Under the pieces are notes generated by a model. That model saw only the letters and a list, made by a program, of their open reading frames with translations. It was not told the origin of the DNA and made no database searches. 64,000 nucleotides of DNA, from the NCBI RefSeq assembly GCF_022045235.1, contig NW_027266279.1, positions 11,470,001-11,534,000 on the forward strand. Direction: 5' to 3'. Both the position numbers and the translations under genes were made by a program. Shown here in pieces: positions 48,286 to 61,178 of the stretch; positions within the stretch are counted from its first letter, which is position 1; every line of letters starts with the position of its first letter. This stretch comes from Haliotis cracherodii. Taxonomy: Eukaryota.

Positions 48286-49060
48286 TCTCTTGTTTGTATA
48301 AATTCTAACTGACACTCATTGACTTAATTTGAACTTGATAATACAATCTGGAGAGACAAGTTATGCTTGAAATGCCGACTGACGTCACGTATGACCTAGA
48401 CTGGCTCATCTTTAAGACGCCCAACCCGTGTATTTAGAAGCATGGATTACAATATCAATAACAAGACAACTTGACCACCGTTGTTAACGTATACACGTAC
48501 ACAGACCGGTATATTCAGTGAAACCCTGTTCGTACAGGAACCTGACAATTCGAAAACCCTGTTTAACCGGAAACTTGACATTCTGGACGATTCCTGTTAA
48601 GAACGTGTGTATAGTTATTACAAATTACCATATACCAATGATTTGCTCCTCCGGAAATTAGTTCGTATTTACGATTTTGTTCGAACCGAAACCGCCGGAT
48701 TAATTACCGCGAACAAATGCACAACGTTATATTGTGTGTTGCTAGACTGTACGTGATATCAGTGAGTGAGAGTTGTGCTGGGTCGGACAAACCAGTGCTT
48801 GACAGCATTAGCAACGATATTCGCCGTAGGGGCACTGTAACACGAGGTCACACATTAAACAACCCGATCTTCACTCGTGGAAGTATAGGTTCTGGAGACG
48901 TATTGTGCCCCGGTAACCGCGAATGCTTAGTTATAACCTGTAACACACATCAACTAATTAGTTTATGTCAAACGTAAAATGCGCAACTGACTACCTAACC
49001 AAGAAGTATTGAACGTTTCTTTCTTCTAAAAGCATTTTGCATGGAATCTCTCAAATTGAA

Positions 49061-49344
49061 AGGGACATGGGTGGCCCAGTCGTCTAAGGCGCCACGATTC
49101 GCTGTGCAGAGTTGCGTCCCTTGGGCACGCCAGAAATCTATGTTTGTGTGTTCGAATCCCGGTTCGCCCCAATTATGTTTCTAAGTTTGTCAGCACCATA
49201 CCCGTGCTCGTGGGTTTCACCGAAGTGGAAAACGTCGTAGACCTGCATCAATTCGGGCTTTCCTCCCATATTAAGCTGACACGCCGTGATATAACTGGAA
49301 TAATGTTAAAAGCCGCGTTGAACCCAACTCACTACCTCACTCAC
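49061..49344 (+). mobile_element. SINE family B (tRNA-Leu-like head, about 280 bp)
   Basis: TGGCCCAGTCGTCTAAGGCGCCA...GTTCGAATCCC head, shared 3' tail and (ACTC)n. Other copies at 7242-7465 (+), 26296-26534 (-), about 27530-27752 (-), 30615-30889 (-) and 41075-41297 (+, TSD tca(c/t)gcttgtgaa). Confidence 0.88.
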
Positions 49345-50364
49345 TTAAATTGAACACTGAAATGAAATATGGTTATAAACCTATTCGAAATATACAGAGG
49401 CAAAATGTAACTTAACGATATCGGCAGAGTCAGCACTGTGATCCAATATCGACTCTCCGCTTGTCTCGAAATACGTTTAAATCGATGTGTTCTTGAATGA
49501 ACATATATAGATACATATTCAAAAAAGAACACTGACGGGGGATGGATAGAACGTATATTCCCAAAGTAATTCAAAATCTTTATTTCCGTAACTGCGATAT
49601 ATTTTGATTCAATGATTCACTTGGGTGTGCATCAGCACTGTGAAACAGTTTTATTGTTTATCTGAATGCATAATTTTAGGAAGTAAATTCGCGAGTGAGT
49701 ATGATTTTACGCCGCTTTTAGCAATATTCCAGCAATAATACGGCGGGGGACACCAGAAATGGGCTTCACACATTGTACCCATGTCGGGAATCGAACCCTG
49801 GTCTTCGGCATGACGAGCGAACGCTTGAACCACTAGGCTTCCCGACCGCCCCTGATTCGTGACAAAGCCGGTGTGATTAAATGCTCCGTAAAACACACCT
49901 GCATTTTAAATCGTGTTTCTTATCTCAGTAATGGTCAACAAAGGCTAAAGTCTTTATTTCCTCTCTTGACAAACAATGTGCGACATACCTAAATCCCGAT
50001 CAAGGCCTGACCGCAAGACGTGAAGACAGATATCCCATTAAGTGTAATCGGGCGTTAGGCCACACTTCCCATTGAACCGGCCAGTCACGATGACAGTGTA
50101 CCTGAAGCACTGCTGTTGGTGATTATATTCGCCCCCGACCCTCACCACCACCACAGACAACCTCTCCTTTCTCTTCCCTGTATGCTCTGGCTATCTTTCC
50201 GTTTCTTTCCGTCTGACTTTCTCCCTCCTTCTTACCTGACTCTCTCCTCTCTCCGTCTGACTCCCTGCTCTCTTTCACTCCTTCCGACTCTTTCTCCTCA
50301 TTCCCTCCTTTTGACTCTCTCCCCTCTTCGCTCCTGCCTCTCTCCCCTCTTTCTCTCCTCCTGT

Positions 50365-51800
50365 CTTTCTCCCCGTCTGACTCTCTCCCCTCTTGACTCT
50401 CTCCTCTTTCTCCCCGTCTGACTCTCTGCCCTCTTCCTCTCCTGACTCTCTCCTCTTTCTCCCCGTCTGACTCTCTCCCCTCTTCCTCTCCTGACTCTCT
50501 CCTCTTTCTCCCCGTCTGACTCTCTCCCCTCTTCCTCTCCTGACTCTCTCCTCTTTCTCCCCGTCTGACTCTCTCCCCTCTTCCTCTCCTGACTCTCTCC
50601 TCTTTCTCCCCGTCTGACTCTCTCCCCTCTTCCTCTCCTGACTCTCTCCTCTTTCTCCCCGTCTGACTCTCTCCCCTCTTCCTCTCCTGACTCTCTCCTC
50701 TTTCTCCCCGTCTGACTCTCTCCCCTCTTCCTCTCCTGACTCTCTCCTCTTTCTCCCCGTCTGACTCTCTCCCCTCTTCCTCTCCTGACTCTCTCCTCTT
50801 TCTCCCCGTCTGACTCTCTGCCCTCTTCCTCTCCTGACTCTCTCCTCTTTCTCCCCGTCTGACTCTCTGCCCTCTTCCTCTCCTGACTCTCTCCTCTTTC
50901 TCCCCGTCTGACTCTCTGCCCTCTTCCTCTCCTGACTCTCTCCTCTTTCTCCCCGTCTGACTCTCTCCCCTCTTCCTCTCCTGACTCTCTCCTCTTTCTC
51001 CCCGTCTGACTCTCTCCCCTCTTCCTCTCCTGACTCTCTCCTCTTTCTCCCCGTCTGACTCTCTCCCCTCTTCCTCTCCTGACTCTCTCCTCTTTCTCCC
51101 CGTCTGACTCTCTCCCCTCTTCCTCTCCTGACTCTCTCCTCTTTCTCCCCGTCTGACTCTCTCCCCTCTTCCTCTCCTGACTCTCTCCTCTTTCTCCCCG
51201 TCTGACTCTCTCCCCTCTTCCTCTCCTGACTCTCTCCTCTTTCTCCCCGTCTGACTCTCTCCCCTCTTCCTCTCCTGACTCTCTCCTCTTTCTCCCCGTC
51301 TGACTCTCTCCCCTCTTCCTCTCCTGACTCTCTCCTCTTTCTCCCCGTCTGACTCTCTCCCCTCTTCCTCTCCTGACTCTCTCCTCTTTCTCCCCGTCTG
51401 ACTCTCTCCCCTCTTCCTCTCCTGACTCTCTCCTCTTTCTCCCCGTCTGACTCTCTGCCCTCTTCCTCTCCTGACTCTCTCCTCTTTCTCCCCGTCTGAC
51501 TCTCTGCCCTCTTCCTCTCCTGACTCTCTCCTCTTTCTCCCCGTCTGACTCTCTCCTCTCTTCCTCTCCTGACTCTCTCCTCTTTCTCCCCGTCTGACTC
51601 TCTGCCCTCTTCCTCTCCTGACTCTCTCCTCTTTCTCCCCGTCTGACTCTCTGCCCTCTTCCTCTCCTGACTCTCTCCTCTTTCTCCCCGTCTGACTCTC
51701 TCCCCTCTTCCTCTCCTGACTCTCTCCTCTTTCTCCCCGTCTGACTCTCTCCCCTCTTCCTCTCCTGACTCTCTCCTCTTTCTCCCCGTCTGACTCTCCT
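50365..51800. repeat. About 29 x 49-bp polypyrimidine minisatellite with degenerate CT-rich flanks
   Basis: Unit ctctctcctctttctccccgtctgactctctcccctcttcctctcctga, period 49. Confidence 0.97.
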
Positions 51801-52206
51801 CGCTCTGACTCCCATCTTTCTCTCGTGACTCCCTCCCCTCTTCGCTCCTGACTCTCTCTCCTCTTTCCCTCCGATTCTCACCCTCTTTCTCTCTTACCGT
51901 CGTTCTCCCCGTCTGACCATCTGCTCTCTTTCTTTCCGTCGCTCCTGGCCCTCCCCCTTCTTCGCACCTGGTTCTCTCCCTCATTCACGCCACCCGACCT
52001 TCCCCTCTTTCTCTCCTGACTCTCTGCACGCTTTCTCTTCTGACTACCTCCCTTCTTTCTCTCCTGATCCTCTTCCCTCTTTCACTCCATTCCACTCCAT
52101 TCCACTCTCACCTCATTCTCTCCTTCTGGCTCTCCGCTTTCAATTCACTCTCCCCTCTTTCACTCCTTTCGACTCCCGATTCAGAGCGAACGGCACACAC
52201 ATAATA

Positions 52207-52283
<77 letters not shown>

Positions 52284-52287
52284 GAGA
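52207..52287. repeat. (AT)n(AG)n compound microsatellite
   Basis: Directly visible. Confidence 0.95.
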
Positions 52288-52979
52288 CGGTCAGTAGAAG
52301 AGAGGGGTGGATGGGAAGGGGGCGCCTCACATACATTACAATTTAATTACACACACCATTTTAACATAGTGTAATTGTTATTACATATATTTCAGGCAAT
52401 ATCGGAGAGGCGTGACGTTCTATAATTATAAATAATAAATTTTACAATAGATGAATAAATATATAAAGTAAAACATCACTTCATGTACTTTTAGCTTGGG
52501 TTATACTGACTTCATTTAAACTTAGTTCGTAGTGACCGTCGTCTTTAGCCTGGAATGATGGTGAGGACGACGTCAATGATGATGCATAGATGGGAAGGTG
52601 TAACGTGCGAGTATAGTAGGCATCCCGATGATGAACTGGGACCGTCCTTCGCGACAACAGATATGCATCTACACTTCTCCAATTTCATAGGCTTGGGTTT
52701 TATCACCCATAAACAAGGGAGGGTACATTGTCACCTACTTTTATTCATAGATATTTTACCCTTTACTGTGCTACAAATGAAATAAGCATTCACGTCACAT
52801 ACCCATGACATTGTCAGTCCGAGTGCTCTTCCATTTACCTTACTGATTTAGTACAAATCTTGCACCCGGGATATATATGTCAAAAGAGGGCCGAGTTCTC
52901 ATCTTGAACAATCCGATATATAAGTGGATGATTATGAACAAAATGTCGTCGAATTGTGTCTAGAATACAATGTTATGTA

Positions 52980-53161
52980 CGGTTAACTACGGTTATAACG
53001 AACTCGAAGGCACACTAATAACTAATTTTAGTTCGTTATAACCGCAGTTCGTTATAGGCATATACCACAGCATTTATACAACAAATGTTCGAGACTAGAA
53101 AATAAGGTTGTTATATCGGTCAGTTCGTTATAAGCGTGTTCGTTATAAACGTTGTTTACTG
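52980..53161. mobile_element. Tc1/mariner (Tigger-like) MITE, diverged
   Basis: Imperfect TIRs with repeated ttataacgaac/gttcgttataa motifs. Confidence 0.65.
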
Positions 53162-53655
53162 AAGTTATTTTCCCTGTCTTAATGTCTACGTGGAATCAGT
53201 CTTTTATTATTCATTACCATATCCTGTCGTCTTAGACTTGAGTCCATAGAATCAGTATTTAGTTTCAGGATGAACAGATGACAACCAATGTCATTACTGT
53301 TTACGTGATTAAAGGCACAGTTATTGTTGAACAAAAACAGTTATTAAGAGAGCAGACGTGATTTCCCATGCACAAAGAGAGATTCGGTATCGTCTCAACA
53401 CAACTGTGTACCAGATACGATCTTTCTGCATAACACGAGGCTAAGAAATCATATCACCACGCGATTACCGAGCGAGCCCTGCTCGAGTCACGTTCCAAAG
53501 GGCCCCCGTATTGCTGGGATTTGAAGTATGATCCTCGAGCTGTGGCAGGTTCGTGACTCGACAAACATATCTGGTTTATTGGACGGAGAGCGTTACCTAT
53601 CTGGATTACCGTATCGGGTGAGGGGAGGTGTGTACGCGCTCTCGAGTTCGAACCT

Positions 53656-53765
53656 GTGACGTCACGTGAGTCACAATTCCGGAAAAATAGAAATCATTGA
53701 CTTTGTTTATCATGATACACTTTTGGAAATTGATACGATCTGGGCGTGTCGGTTCGGAGTATAAA
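53656..53765 (+). promoter_or_regulatory. LPMO promoter: overlapping CRE/E-box/AP-1 element and TATA box
   Basis: TGACGTCA at 53657-53664, CACGTG at 53663-53668, TGAGTCA at 53667-53673; TATAAA at 53760-53765, 140 nt before the ATG. Confidence 0.55.
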
Positions 53766-53899
53766 TGGAACCCATTTCCAGTCCGGATCACAAAATCTCT
53801 ACGTGTCCTGAGGAGAATTATCCAGTTTCAAGGCACGCTGAAAGAAACGGTTTCTCGTAACCCAGACGACAGCTTCACTGCGGCAGACGACAGTTCAAA

Positions 53900-54099
53900 A
53901 TGCGTCCCACTCTCTTCACTCTGGTCGTCTGCATTTGTCTGATGGCCCTCCCCGACGCTCAAGGGCACGGGCGTCTGGTGGAACCCCCCTCCCGCTCCAG
54001 TATGTGGCGGTACGGCTTTGACAACCCCACCAACTACAACGATCACGAGCTCTACTGCGGAGGATTTCAGGTGAGCTAGATGTCAAATGTACCGTAAAT

Positions 54100-54154
<55 letters not shown>

Positions 54155-57100
54155 TGTTTGTCGTAAAAGGCGACAAACGGGATCGGTTGATGCATGTCAT
54201 CGATCCCAATTGCCTGGATCGATGCCTAATCAATCACTGGATTGTCTGGTCCAGGCTCGATTACTTACAGACCGCCGTCTTATAGCTGGAATATTGCTGA
54301 GTGCGGCGTTAAACAACAATCAAACAAACAAATAGGGTTCATGGGCCGTGTTTAGAACGATACGTTGATTCGCTTTGTAAATGGTAAAGATGAAAATTAT
54401 GCTCTGTTTCAAGAATTGATTAATTTTGCTGAGAAGTGGGAGTGTCCTGCCCCAGCTTCATTTTATCAGTGTGACTTGCAATAGATTTGATACCATTTGG
54501 AGTTTTTTCCATCACGATATACACTATTTGAAAGCATGGTTTCATTATATTGGCCGAGTCAACATTCGTCAGCCACAATGTTGCAACAAATGGCCTCACA
54601 CATTTTGAAAGATCAAGAATTCAGTTTTTGTCTGAAGAAGCAACGCTAGAACAACCAAGGCGCTCATCTCGCTCATGCTCACACAAAAAACGTAGAATAG
54701 GTCTTCAGCAACCCATGCTTGGCGACTAACGGGATCCGGTGGCTCGCTGACTTGGTTGACGCATGTCATCGATCCCAATTGCGTGGATCGATGTTCATAA
54801 GGTCAATCAGTGGACTGTCTGGTCCAGGCTCGATTATTTACAGACCGCCGTCAAATAGCTGGAATATTGCTGAGTGCGGCGTTAAACAACCAACCAACAT
54901 ATCTTTAGGTTTGTTATTTTTAATCTTGGGTCTATTTAGAAATGTAACTCTGCAGAATAGTCCACTTACCGTCTTGGACAAACTGAATGAGAACTATTTC
55001 TGAAATTCCAGCATATGAATGGGGTGGTCTAGTGGTAGAGCGTCCGCCCGGAGAGCGGAAGGTCCGGGGTTCGATCCCCAGTCGCGTCATACCAAAAGAC
55101 GTTAAAAGATGGTACTTGTTGTTACCCTGTCTGGCGCTCGGCATTAAGGGGCTAAAACAAGGACTGGTCGGCTCGGAGTCAGTATACTGTGTCTGAGTGG
55201 GGTATTCATGTTAAACTGCGGCATGGCATCTGAGTGTGCTAGCACTATAAATCGGCATCAGTCCGGACTAGTACAAGCAGCAACACACACACATATACAC
55301 GTGCATGCACGTCGCTATATACGTGCAATAATCTTGGATGTGACGAAAAACCCCATTTCACCTCACCTACATGCTCCACAATCCTTGTGTAATCTGAGGC
55401 GCCGCAAATCGCTGTGAAGGGTTGAGTCCCTTATGCGTGCCAGGATCCTGATAGTGGGTTCCAATCTTAGATTGATCATTGCTTTGTCAGCACCATACCT
55501 CGGTCTTGACACGCTCTGATATAATTGAAACTTGCCACTGTTTGAATCGGCGTTAAACCCGACTTACCCCTTCACTTAAAACCCCCAACACCTTGGCAAA
55601 CATACAAAAGATACCAAAAATGTTGTCTGGAAATGAGACAAAAACTGAAATGACATTTTGACACTTTTGGAATGTGTAGTCTGATCAGTCATTAGTACCG
55701 CAAATGCTATTGAAGTATAGCCACTTTCATTTTCACTTAAAAATCACAGAAGTTAGCACGATACGGTTATATCCAATAGGTTAATATTTCTATTAAGGGA
55801 GTCTGTATAACAGGCATTCGGCACTAACGAGATTTTCTTATGTAGACTCCTGGGAATATTACAATTGCACTCATCTTAAAACGCCCGAGACTTTCATAAA
55901 AACATACATCTGTATATGTCATGGTTGTACTGTTTTCAGAGACAATGGGGTGTGAACGGCGGGAAGTGTGGTGTTTGTGGTGATCCCTGGGACGGAAAAC
56001 GCGAAAACGAGGCTGGGGGGAAATACGCCAATGGAATCATTGCCCGGAAGTACAAACCAGGGGAGACAATCACCGTTAACGTGGACCTTACAGCCAATCA
56101 TTTGGGTAAGCTTAACATTGGCTGCCTGTGGCCACAATACAATGGGCAATACAAATATAGTCACAGTACAAGTAGAGAATGTAACAATAATCTCATTCAA
56201 GGTTCTTTAAAGTCATTTTCACGTGTAAATTCTCAATCACATATACCCTTAACTGGTGTAGCATATCAGATTTCTATAGTATCTCCTACTTTTTTTTGGC
56301 TTTCTTGGCATATATTATCAGTCTGTTATGGCATGTTTTTCAGGGTAACATTAAAAGCATATTTCTTTCATTTGTTAGGGTACTTCCAGTTCCGCTTGTG
56401 CCCCCACAATAGCCCGCAGACTCCGGTTAAACAGGAATGTTTGGACAGACATCTTCTCAGGCACACAGACGGAAGTGACCGCTTCAGTGTCACTACTGCA
56501 TGTCGGGGAATATACTCTATGGCTGTCGTACTTCCGGCGAATGTCACTTGCTCCCAGTGTGTCCTTCAATGGAGATATAATACAGGTACTATCATGCATC
56601 GTCATAAATGTACATACACCAATTTCTCGACTTTCCAAACTTGTAAAGAGGGTTACATATGTATTGCGATTCAAGGGACGTTATCTCCCACACCAGAGAC
56701 CATATACCGGCATATGGTCTCTGCCCACACGAACAGTTTGTCAGCATTGTTTAGCATAACAGATTCTAGCGGCTCCGTTTTTTTCCAGAAAGACTCGGAA
56801 TAGTTCTTTCTGTGGCGTAACAGCCTTCGTTCCCCGTGAATTCTATCGATATACATACCATACACCACTCCCGTCTCACAGACCTCGTATTCTCGTGGGG
56901 ATGTCGGGATATGATAAGTTTTCAGCATCCAATGTTTGTCGTGAATGCATGAATGTACGGGTTGTCAGGCTCGGTGATTTGGTTGATTGCCTGCCATCGT
57001 GCCCCGGCGGCGTGGGACGTTGTTCATAATATCAATCACTGGTTTGTCTGGACCAGACGAATTGCAGGCCGCTGTCATATGGCTAGAATGCTGATTGCGG

Positions 57101-57918
57101 CTTTAAGCATCAAACAAACATCGCATCGGACAATGTTAAGCGTCGGGCAAAAGAAAGTATACACCCATGTTTGATGGTGGCTAGAAATTTAACCAACAAC
57201 AAATTGTTCTTTGATGATAATGTATTTGATACGGGTATCATAGTTGTGTTTTGAATCTTATGTTTGCTGTTTCTGTGACTGTTTTCAGGCTGGTAAAGTT
57301 TTGAGAACGTTTGTAACTTTTTGGTCAAATCCAATTTTCAATTAGCCCAGCAGTTTACAATGCACGTGCCTCGTACTTATTACGGGGTGTTGAGAGTACA
57401 ATGCCTTGGTGATAGTTACTTCATTGACTCATTTGATTCCAGGTAACTCCTGGGGATGTGATGGCCCAACTTGTTGCGTGGGTTGCGGGCCACAGGAACA
57501 GTTCTATGGCTGCGCGGATGTCGCAATCTCTGCAGACTCCGAAGACCAGACGAAATCGCCAACCTCCACATTCAACGTCCACAGTGCAACGTCACTGTGT
57601 CACGTGGCCACGAAACCCGTCGAGCAGACGACATCTGAAGCTCGAAATATCACAACAGCGGCCAATACCACTACGACCTCCACCGCAACGACAACAGTCA
57701 CTGCATCCCCAACATCAGCTACGACGTCTGAGACCACCACTAGCGTTGCCGACAGCCCAACAGCGGACGATAGCGATGAAAACAGCGGCGACTGTAAAGC
57801 CACGGGGGTTTGGGAAGGGAACTCAAGAATCACTGTCTGGTGTATTGCCAACTGTCGACGTGGTTACTGTCCTGAATATTATTGTTCAGACGCCTGTCGC
57901 CATCAGACCGAGTATTGA
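53900..57918 (+). CDS. AA15 lytic polysaccharide monooxygenase (chitin-binding type-4 domain) + Thr-rich linker + 6-Cys C-terminal module; exons 53900-54070, 55940-56105, 56379-56585, 57443-57918 (339 aa)
   Basis: Signal peptide ...PDAQG followed by His1 (HGRLVEPPSRSSMWRYGF...CGG). Motifs NGGKCGVCGDPW, LTANHLGYFQFRLC (second His of the brace), CSQCVLQWRYNTGNSWG, GCGPQEQFYGCADVAI (axial Phe). All introns are GT-AG and in frame. AATAAA at 58064. Confidence 0.95.
54101..54153. repeat. (GATA)n microsatellite in LPMO intron 1
   Basis: About 13 tetranucleotide units. Confidence 0.95.
55021..55368 (+). mobile_element. SINE family D in LPMO intron 1
   Basis: Collinear with 35939-36292. Confidence 0.88.
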
Positions 57919-59199
57919 CGAGAACCGTTGCCCTCAACATCGATCAGACAGTTTGCCAGTCACGTTTGCTCAATCATCTTTTGTACACGTTTTGTAGTCT
58001 TTTTTATCATTCCTTGAGATATTATATTTTATGTTTTTATATGTTTATTTTTTTATATTCTCTAATAAAAAGCAGTATTTGCTACACTTTTGTTTTTGTT
58101 CAGTTTTAATTGTGTTGAAATCAGCATGTATCAGCATGGCCAAACACGACAGTTCCTCTTGCCTTGTGTGAGTCACGGTTCATCCTAGCGCCGCAGATTC
58201 CGGGGTAGACAATCCAGTGATAGACATCTTGAACATCGATCTACGCAAATCGGGAATGATAACATGCATCAACCGAGTCAGCGAGTCTGACCACCCGATC
58301 CTGTTGGTCACCTCTTAGGATGTAGGATGTTATGTACCATTTTAATAGTACAGAAAATTTAAAGTTACACTATTTAGGGACCGGTCATTTATTATAGGGG
58401 CGGTGGTTCAGAGGGAATCAAGGGAGGGTCATGAAAACATGATACACATTTTCGGGAAGGGTCATGAAAAAATATAGATTTAATAATGAAATATACAGTG
58501 CTTTTGAATTTTGTCTTTTCAGGGAGGGGCACGAAAACATTACAAGGACATGGGGAGGGTCGTCCAAAATATGACAAGTATTTGGGGAGGGTGTTTTTTT
58601 TTTAGTACATTAGAGCATCAGAAACCTCTTTAACAAACTTTTTAACATGTCAGACATGTTCCCCGTTCCACAAAGCGATCTTAGCGCTACGACTATCGCA
58701 AGCCAGTGTTAAAGTATGGGAGTTACGATCAACTAAGCGCTAAGATGGCTTTGTGGAATGAGGCCCTGTACCTTTCCTGCCACTGAAATACTGTCCAAAG
58801 TGACACACACTCACTGACTCAATTAAGACAACGCACTCAAATATGTTTGACATATTTACACATGAGATTTACAACTGACGTAAACGACACGCCCTGTGTC
58901 GGTTACCCTGACGCAAGTGCTGGCTCAGCAGAATGAAGAGTCAATATTGATGACAACGTTAAAGTGTTTACCATGATGAACGTTAATAACAACAAACAGT
59001 GGCTCATACATACCCCTCAGCCCTAAACGTTCAACCGACGATTCTTATCCGACATGGAAATATTGAACTGATCCCAGCGAGTTGACGCGTCATTTCAGTC
59101 TGAGTGTTTGAAAGTAATACAAGATAATTCCTTTGTTCGTCCAAAAGTCCGAGACGTTCCCAGAATCACGGTCAAAATGTTTACTTACCTGTTTTTATA

Positions 59200-61178
59200 C
59201 TATACTAAGACAGCCAGGCTATGCATGGCTATGGTGTGATTGTGATGCTACACTAAGACAACCTGGCCATGGTGTGATTGTGATGCTACACTAAGACAAC
59301 CTGGCCATGGTGTGATTGTGATGCTACACTAAGACAACCTGGCCATGGTGTGATTGTGATGCTACACTAAGACAACCTGGTTATGGTGTGATTGTGATGC
59401 TACACTAAGACAACGTGGCCATGGTGTGATTGTGATGCTACACTAAGACAACCTGGTTATGGTGTGATTGTGATTGTGATGCTACGCTAAGCCAACCTGG
59501 CTATGGTGTGATAGTGATGCTAGACTAAGAAAACCTGGCTGTGGTGTGATTGTTGTGCTACACTAAGACAGCCTGGCAATGGTGTGATTGTGATGCTACG
59601 CTAAGACAACCTGGCTATGGTGTGATTGTGATGCGACACTAAGACAACCTGGCTGTGGTGTGATTGTGATGCTACACTAAGACAACCTGGCCATGGTGTG
59701 ATTGTGATGCTACACTAAGACAACCTGGTTATGGTGTGATTGTGATGCTACACTAAGACAACGTGGCCATGGTGTGATTGTGATGCTACACTAAGACAAC
59801 CTGGTTATGGTGTGATTGTGATTGTGATGCTACGCTAAGACAACCTGGCTATGGTGTGATTGTGATGCTAGACTAAGAAAACCTGGCTGTGGTGTGATTG
59901 TTGTGCTACACTAAGACAGCCTGGCAATGGTGTGATTGTGATGCTACGCTAAGACAACCTGGCTATGGTGTGATTGTGATGCGACACTAAGACAACCTGG
60001 CTGTGGTGTGATTGTGATGCTACACTAAGACAACCTGGCTATGGTGTGATTGTGATGCTATGCTAAGATAACCTGGCTATGGTGTGATTGTGGTGCTACA
60101 CTAAGACAACCTGGCTATGGTGTGATTGTGATGCTACGCTAAGACAACCTGGCTATGGTGAGATTGTGGTGCTACACTAAGACAACCTGGCTATGGTGTG
60201 ATTGTGATGCTACACTAAGACAACCTGGCTATGGTGGTGTGATTGTGATGCTACACTAAGACAACCTGTCTATGGGGTGATTGTGATGCTAAGCTAAGGC
60301 AACCTGGCTATGGTGTGATTGTGGTGCTACACTAAGACAACCTGGCTATGGTGTGATTGTGATGCTACGCTAAGGCAACCTGGCTATGGTGTGATTGTGA
60401 TGCTACGCTAAGATAACCTGGCTGTGGTGTGATTGTGAATTCTACGCTAAGACAACCTGGCTATGGTGTGATTGTGATGCTACGCTAAGACAACCTGGCT
60501 GTGGTGTGATTGTGATGCTACACTAAGACAACCTGGCTATGGTGTGATTGTGATGCTAGACTAAGACAACCCGGCTATGGTGTGATTGTTGTGCTACACT
60601 AAGACAACCTGGCTGTGGTGTGATTGTGATGCTACGCTAAGACAACCCGGCTATGGCGTGATTGTGATGCTACGCTAAGACAACCTGGCTATGGTGTGAT
60701 TGTGGTGCTACACTAAGACAACCTGGCAATCGTGTGATTGTGATGCTAGACTAAGACAACCTGGCTATGGTGTGATTGTGATGCTACACTAAGACAACCT
60801 GGCTGTGGTGTGATTGTGATGCTACACTAAGACAACCTGGCTATGGTGTGATTGTGATGCTACACTAAGACAACCTGGCTATAGAGTGATTGTGATGCGA
60901 CACTAAGATAACCTGGCTATGGTGTGATTGTGATGCTACGCTAAGATAACCTGGCTGTGGTGTGATTGTGAATTCTACGCTAAGACAACCCGGCTATGGT
61001 GTGAATGTGATGCTACGCTAAGACAACCTGGCTATGGTGTGATTATGATCCTTGACTAAGACAACCTGGCTATGGTGTGATTGTGATGCTAAACTAAGAC
61101 AACCCGGCTATGGTGTGATTGTGATTCTACGCTAAGACAACCTGGCTATGGTGTGATTGTGATTCTACACTAAGACAA
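59200..61178. repeat. About 52 x 38-bp minisatellite with higher-order blocks
   Basis: Unit ctacactaagacaacctggctatggtgtgattgtgatg, period 38. Confidence 0.97.

Noticed and set aside
50275-51984. 569-aa and 527-aa Arg/Glu/Gly-rich ORFs
   Set aside because: Artefact of the 49-bp GA-rich satellite, which has no stop in any minus frame; the same peptide cycles through all frames.
55916-56803. 295-aa ORF as a standalone gene
   Set aside because: It is LPMO exons 2-3 read through introns and lacks the signal peptide and His1 encoded at 53900-54070.
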